Source: Yuukianura sp. NJ FZ-2021 (lineage: Eukaryota). From it: 64,000 nt of DNA. The first letter of the stretch is position 1; every line of letters starts with the position of its first letter. The DNA is taken from positions 1,860,001-1,924,000 of the forward strand of contig CM102288.1 in NCBI GenBank assembly GCA_046563655.1, written 5' to 3'. Below the pieces are notes generated by a model that saw only the letters and a list, made by a program, of their open reading frames with translations, ran no database searches and was not told the DNA's origin. Positions 58,263 through 64,000 of the stretch are shown here, one piece after another. The position numbers and the translations under genes are program-made.

Positions 58263-59009
58263 TTATCCGTCCTTGTCGTGGTCGTAGTAATCATGATCAT
58301 CCGAGATTTGAACTACTGGTGGTGGTGGCTGTCGTAGATTTTGTTCTGTTTGTCGAAAAAGTTCGTCCAATTCTGTAGATGACACACCAGCACCATCAAT
58401 TATGTGTTGACGGTAGAGTCGATTGAATGATCTGACCATTGAGTGAAGTCCAACCAGATTGGCACGGAGAGCTCTTTCTCGTTTACAAATGTCTCCCAAG
58501 TATGCAATAGCAGCGAAAGTAGCCATGTTGTAGTAGGGATGGTAACAACAACTAGTGTTCCTTGGACCTTGAGTCTCATTTGGTCCTTGCGCCTGCGCCT
58601 GCCCTTCTGTGCCGATACGGGACCGACATGACGTTTCCGGTGCTCCTTCGGATTCGGTCTCCAAGGAATCTAGATCAAGTGAATCGAAGTATGTTGATGG
58701 AGAGTACGGTGACAGAAACAGAGCTCTATCCGAATTTATATCAATTTCTGGTTCTTCCATACCACTCGGGCTGTCCTGCAAGTCCTGTTGTATTTGAGAT
58801 TCAGATTGTGCAGGCGTATTGGCAACTTCCGTTGAATTAACTGCATTTGACGTACCAGTTGACGTAGAAGTGAGTGACGTAGCAGTGGGTGACGTAGCAG
58901 TTACCGTAGAAGTGGAATCTGACGAATTGGTTGTTTCCTCGGATTTATCTTGATGTCCTCCATTTCTCATTGCTCTTGCGTTTGCGCGTGTGAAGTGGTC
59001 ATGCCCCAT
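58263..59009 (-). CDS. Intronless 248-aa Ser/Thr/acidic-rich protein of unknown function
   Basis: ATG-initiated 747-nt ORF with coding-like composition in an AT-rich context. No family recognised. Confidence 0.6.
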   Translation of the reverse strand: MGHDHFTRANARAMRNGGHQDKSEETTNSSDSTSTVTATSPTATSLTSTSTGTSNAVNSTEVANTPAQSESQIQQDLQDSPSGMEEPEIDINSDRALFLSPYSPSTYFDSLDLDSLETESEGAPETSCRSRIGTEGQAQAQGPNETQGPRNTSCCYHPYYNMATFAAIAYLGDICKRERALRANLVGLHSMVRSFNRLYRQHIIDGAGVSSTELDELFRQTEQNLRQPPPPVVQISDDHDYYDHDKDG

Positions 59010-60841
59010 TTCTTTCCAATCGCTGGAAACCTTAGACGCTTCTTATAGCAAGAGTGTTCCGGATTGTTCAAGGTCAAAGGTCAAGGTAACTCGTCAAGAT
59101 TAAAAAGTTAATCCAACTTTCGTGGCTCTAAATCCGTACACTCCTTATTTCGCAAACTAGACAACCAACTGGACTGGACTAATACTAAAAGATGCTACGC
59201 GCTACGGATTGGCAAGAAGACGTCAACGGACAACGCAAAAGGTGAACATGAACAGATTTACTGGACAACCTGCCATGCTGAAATCCAAGATGACTTATTC
59301 ACTTATTACATAATCTTACAAACCAAAATCCATACAAAAAGATAGCATCTTTTACATAATCCATGAAATTACACCAAAAATTTGCTTATAGTGAGTTAAC
59401 ATTCTAATTTTGCTAAAATCTTGGAAAAACTTCTGGCAAATCTTACAACGTAAGATTTTTTTTGCTCCAAATTTGAATAATGGCGACAAAAAAGGAAAAC
59501 GAATTGCCCAGAGAGGTCAATGACCTCAAATTGCAAATGATGAATCAACGCAAAGTAGACATTTCACAAATTCTGTTGCAACGGTCGTACTTGACTCATA
59601 TTCGCATTTGTCACAAATTCTGTCATGCAGACTATTGTTAGAACTTCATAACAACAACAAAATTTCATTTCCGGTTTACCGTTTGAGTAATGATGTCCTT
59701 TTTTTACTGAAAGTTTACCAATTTTTCATTTTTTTTTTTTTTGGCTTTTGTTTTGCTTAGTGCGTCAAAGTACATATTTACTACGGAACCGGTTTATGTT
59801 TGACGCTATGGCTAGTGACGCTATAAAAGTTGAATTATGGCCAACAAATTACGTGACAAGGAAGGTTGTGTCTGATTTGTGCTCACAAACGTTTAATGAA
59901 TGAGCCTCAGGGACTTGATTCAATTAAGTTTTGGCATCATTCCGCATCAACAAATTGAGAATTCTTAGTTACTCCCTCTTTTCATTTCTAAATTGGTCTT
60001 TTGCCTACAAGCGTCAACAAGCTTATAAAACCCAAATTAAGAAACTCCAAAATCAGCAAACGACCATTACCATTCTAATCCAATCGTTCCAGTTCGATGG
60101 AACCAACAAAGTGAGCAGGAGTTGCTAAAAACTTGCAAGTTTTAGTAAACTTGGTAGATCGTTACTGTTTTGTTACATTTCAGTTTCACAATAAGAAGTA
60201 GACTGCAATTAAGGACTAATTGGATCGATTGACAACAAACTTCGACTAACTAGGAGTTCTACATAATAGGTATCAATCAATTAGCTTACCTTCTCAATTT
60301 CATAACTTCCAGTTTTAGTTTCATGTTCAAAGTACATGGAAATATAAGCTATGGAAGATGATTTCTTAATGCCATTTTCATTTTGGCAGAGTGAGGACAC
60401 GGAAGTAATCATTCTTAGAGTCTCCCTTCATCCCTGTCCGTGTCATCATCAATTCTAACCGACTTGAACAAAAAAGTAGACTTTAGCGTTAAAATTAGTG
60501 TATCTCCTGGACACTCCCATAAAAGTAAGTTTCAACTAGCAACACTGTAATCACCAACACTTAAGTTTCGTGCTAAGTAATTACCCAATCCACTTGGAAC
60601 AAAAGAACTCTTGAAACTAAACTCTTGAAAATGATAATTTTTAAAGTGTTAAAGGGCTTTATCATTTAGATGACCAAAGTCTACGTCAGACCTGGCACAG
60701 ATAAATACACTTTTGTGTATTAGACTTTGGCCAAACCGCAATTTTCAGAAGCATTACCACACTATTGCTCAATAGCTAACTAAAAGTTATTGTTTAGTAA
60801 TCAATTGCCCAATAGTTAACTTAAAAGTTATTGTTTAGTAA

Positions 60842-61298
60842 CAGGGTTTCGGTGGTTTAAACCAAATGATTTAAACCATGGTTTAAACCAAATGATTTAA
60901 ACCATGGTTTAAACCAAATGATTTAAACCATGGTTTAAACCAAGGTTTAAACCAACTGGTTTTTTTGAATAAAAACCTGGTTTAAATCAAATGCAGAAAT
61001 TAGCATGAAAAACGGAGAAATTTTGATACACTTCAAAATAGCAAATTCTACACAAATTGATGTGTTATAATCTGCTTCTTCTAATATTCAAGCCTTTTTT
61101 CTGTTCAGTAGTCAATTTTTAGTCAAAATTAGGAAAACTAACTATATTATTCCACAATTTTTTAAATAAATACACGTTTTTAACACACTATTCTGCATTA
61201 AAACCGTGTTTTGATTTAAACCAAAAAAACCGTGGTTTAAACCAAAAACCATGGTTTTTTGGTTTTTTTCAAAAAAACCAAAAAAACCAGAAACCCTG
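60842..61298. mobile_element. hAT-type MITE related to the 18043-19040 element
   Basis: TIRs CAGGGTTTC...GAAACCCTG, exact 8-bp TSD TTTAGTAA (60834-60841, 61299-61306), and GGTTTAAACC subterminal arrays including 3 x 26-bp tandem units. Confidence 0.88.
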
Positions 61299-61612
61299 TT
61301 TAGTAATCATTTGTCCGTCTGTCTGTCCAGGAGTTTAGTAAATAGCTGGACAGTTGATGGTGATTTAATTGCTTTAGCTCGTTGACCTTGAAAAAATATA
61401 ATTACTAAACACACTTGCTTTGTATTCTGGAATGAACTTTTAAGTCGTCTAGCAAAGCTTTTCAGTAATTCAGTCTTCTAATTACTCTGGACAGGAAAAC
61501 ACTCTCATTTTTCACACACGCGCCAGGATATTTTTCAGTAATTTTTAACTTCCCACGGAAACGGAATCTCACGTTAATATTCAACAGTGAACGCTGTGAG
61601 TTGAGCCAAATC

Positions 61613-62380
61613 ATGTCGTCGGAAGGTGGACTACTCACGGAATCGGAAGCCGCTGCTGTGACATCTACTTGGAGCTTGGTCCAAACTGACCTCAAGGCCA
61701 ATGGTGCAAAATTCTTCATTCAGTAAGGTCTACTTTCTATCAAAAGTTTTGTTATCGGTTCCTTCGGACTGATAATCAGCACTCCCGTTTAGTTTAAAGC
61801 ATGTTACTTTATAATCGCTGAATCAAAAAGTAAGCACGTTGGTCAACTGTCGTTTCCAAAAAAAAAAGGTTGAGGAAAAATTGTGCTGGATGAGGATTTT
61901 TCTGGGAGAAATCAAGAATCCACGACCTTATGTAAGATTTTTTGTAGTTTCTTCACAGGGTATCCCGAGTACCAGAAAAAGTTTCGTGGATTTGCTGAAA
62001 TCCCATTGGACCAATTGTCAACTAACAAGCGACTAATTGCGCATGGATACACAGTCATGTCAGCAATTACAAGTTTAGTAGAGAATTTGGATGACACGGA
62101 AGTTCTCGCGGAAATGTTAGTCAATGTTGGTCGGAGTCATTCTAAACGAAATCTGAAAAGTGGCGACTTTCAAGTAATCAATTCAAAAAGAAAATGCGGC
62201 AAAAATTAAAATTTACTTTACTTTGCTTCTGTTTAGAACTTGGGCGTATCGCTGCTTGAATTCTTTGCTAAAGCTCTTGGAGACAAATGGACACCAGAAG
62301 CAGAAGCAGCTTGGAAAAAAGTTTTGACGGTCCTTGTTGAGAAAGTATCCGAAGGACTTGTCGCGGGAGCCACTGAGTAA
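61613..62380 (+). CDS. Intracellular globin (3 exons)
   Basis: Exons 61613-61722, 61948-62173 and 62237-62380. Globin residues: W(A12), YPEYQKKF (CD1 Phe), AHG (distal His) and GRSH (proximal His). Introns at B12.2 and G7.0-like positions; no signal peptide. Confidence 0.93.
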
Positions 62381-62570
62381 TGAAGCAATTAGCCAATCAC
62401 AGTCCAGAACGTCCAAGGTTCATACTGCCGAAATCGTCACAGAATCGTTGCAGCAACCTTTGTGTTTAGTCTTTACTGAAATATTAATTGGTCAAAATCT
62501 GTTAAAAATTTTACTCTTTAGCTTGACCTATGTGTTTAATTAAGACCTACCTTAAAACGAAAGTTGTCCA

Positions 62571-64000
62571 TTACGTGGGAATGGCTGTTTGATTAGTGTC
62601 ATCCGTTTCTGAAGTGTCGTGTCGCAGTTGATGATAAGATGTCCACACTCCGTCGCCCGAAAAATGAAACTCTTTTTCTAAATTGTACAAAACGAGATGC
62701 AAAAAGTTCGGATGATTTTTGATTTCTGCGGTATTTTCAGTCAGGACTTCTTGCACAGCTTCCTTGACGTTGTCCAGAGGATACAACATAATTGGAATTG
62801 CTATGCTCAGCTGATTTCGAGTAAACGATTTTTGCAGAAACTGGAGCACTTCCTTGGCATAAACTGTAGGAATATGAAGCCAATGTGGATGAACCGACAG
62901 GGCTTCTCTGACTTCAGCCTTGGGAAGATCCAAACTTTTAGCTATGAGATGGACAAGGTCACCCCCTTTGTTTCTCAGGTCACCTTTCTTGACATAATTA
63001 GAAAACTTCTCTTGATCCAATGATAATACGTGAAGCGATACTCCAGTGACGTCCAGGGCAGAGAAGTAGTCTAAACGTTCTTTCACTTTTTGAAAGTAGT
63101 ACAAAATGCGGCAAAATCTGGGATGAGATTTGAGAGACAAGAGGGCTGGCGTTTCGTCGACGATTTTGAGCCGTGCAGCGACTGTTTCGGCTGATAGGGT
63201 AAAAATTTCTGGACATTTTGCTAAAGCTTCGTCCGTTATTCCATGCTCTTTAAACATTTGTTTCATGCGACACAGCGTGTCGGCTTTGACTAGCATGATC
63301 TTTGGTCTACGAATTCCAAGCTGCTGGATTGGAATTCCGCCGAGAGTTTGCACGGTGTTGAGAATCGCTTTGAAGTTTTCTGGATCTCCTTGCAGTAGAG
63401 TGCCGTTTCTCATAATCTGGAAAAACGAAACTCAAATTGAAAAAATACAAATGGAAATGTTAGTTGAGTTTGACCTTTTGCGGCGTGAAGTTGAGATCGG
63501 TACGAAGGATTTTGATACTCGCAGTGATCCACTCGTAACATCGATGCTTGATTCGAGGGTTTTGGGAAATCAGTCTTCTGCACTCTTTCACCTCTGTTCC
63601 TAACTTGGACGCGAGGAAGTGTTCCAGGATTAGTATTCGGAGGGACATCAGGCTCAACTAAAAAAAACAATCAAAGAATGCTGGATGCTAGCAATATTCT
63701 AATTACTAATGTCATGTACTTGTACCTCATTGGGATCCTGTGGAAGAGCTGATAGAATGTTGGATCGAATTTGACTCGGAAGTTCCAGTAAATTGAAATA
63801 CCGTTCAATGACACCTTCATTTTCTGGAATAAGTCCAGATTTCCGTATAACTCCTAAGCTTTTGCGTGAAATTGATGGGTAACTGGATTTTCAAAATAAG
63901 TGAATCCCATTTATACTCAACTTGCAGTGTCTTGTGTACTTCAGGTTAGTTGACAATCAATTGATTCCTTACGTGGCGAGCAAGAATGGACGAATTGACG
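62571..64000 (-). CDS. Mitochondrial transcription termination factor (mTERF5/DmTTF-like), 5' end outside window
   Basis: Helical mTERF-like repeats (IRRPKIML, KCPEIFTLS) and C-terminal LYNLEKEFHFSGDGVW, characteristic of arthropod mTERF5-like proteins. Confidence 0.75.

Overview
Gene-dense, AT-rich eukaryotic (arthropod-like) DNA with many short introns of about 55-85 nt; a compact hexapod genome such as a springtail is a guess only. About 20 protein-coding genes can be reconstructed by eye: FoxK, a CUB/LDLa membrane protein, a Methuselah-like GPCR, TSEN54, ClC-7, UBOX5, DHFR, Ana1/CEP295-like, RPA2, STMP1, two secreted CUB paralogues, two 6-Cys peritrophin-like genes (one with a long PPTTE mucin repeat), an XK-related protein, TGS1, DRC3/LRRC48, MKK3/6, an intronless orphan, a globin and mTERF5-like. 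There is also an intronic tRNA-Arg(TCG) and DNA-transposon relics resembling several superfamilies (pogo, hAT, DD37E, CMC/EnSpm, Kolobok). The best candidate for something undescribed is absent from the ORF track: a 54-aa PIG-Y-like membrane microprotein ORF (25517-25288, minus). Its stop codon appears to be split by an intron that joins it to the UBOX5 start exon, which implies a bicistronic mRNA. All gene names come from remembered motifs, not database searches. No CRISPR, rRNA or prokaryotic systems were seen.
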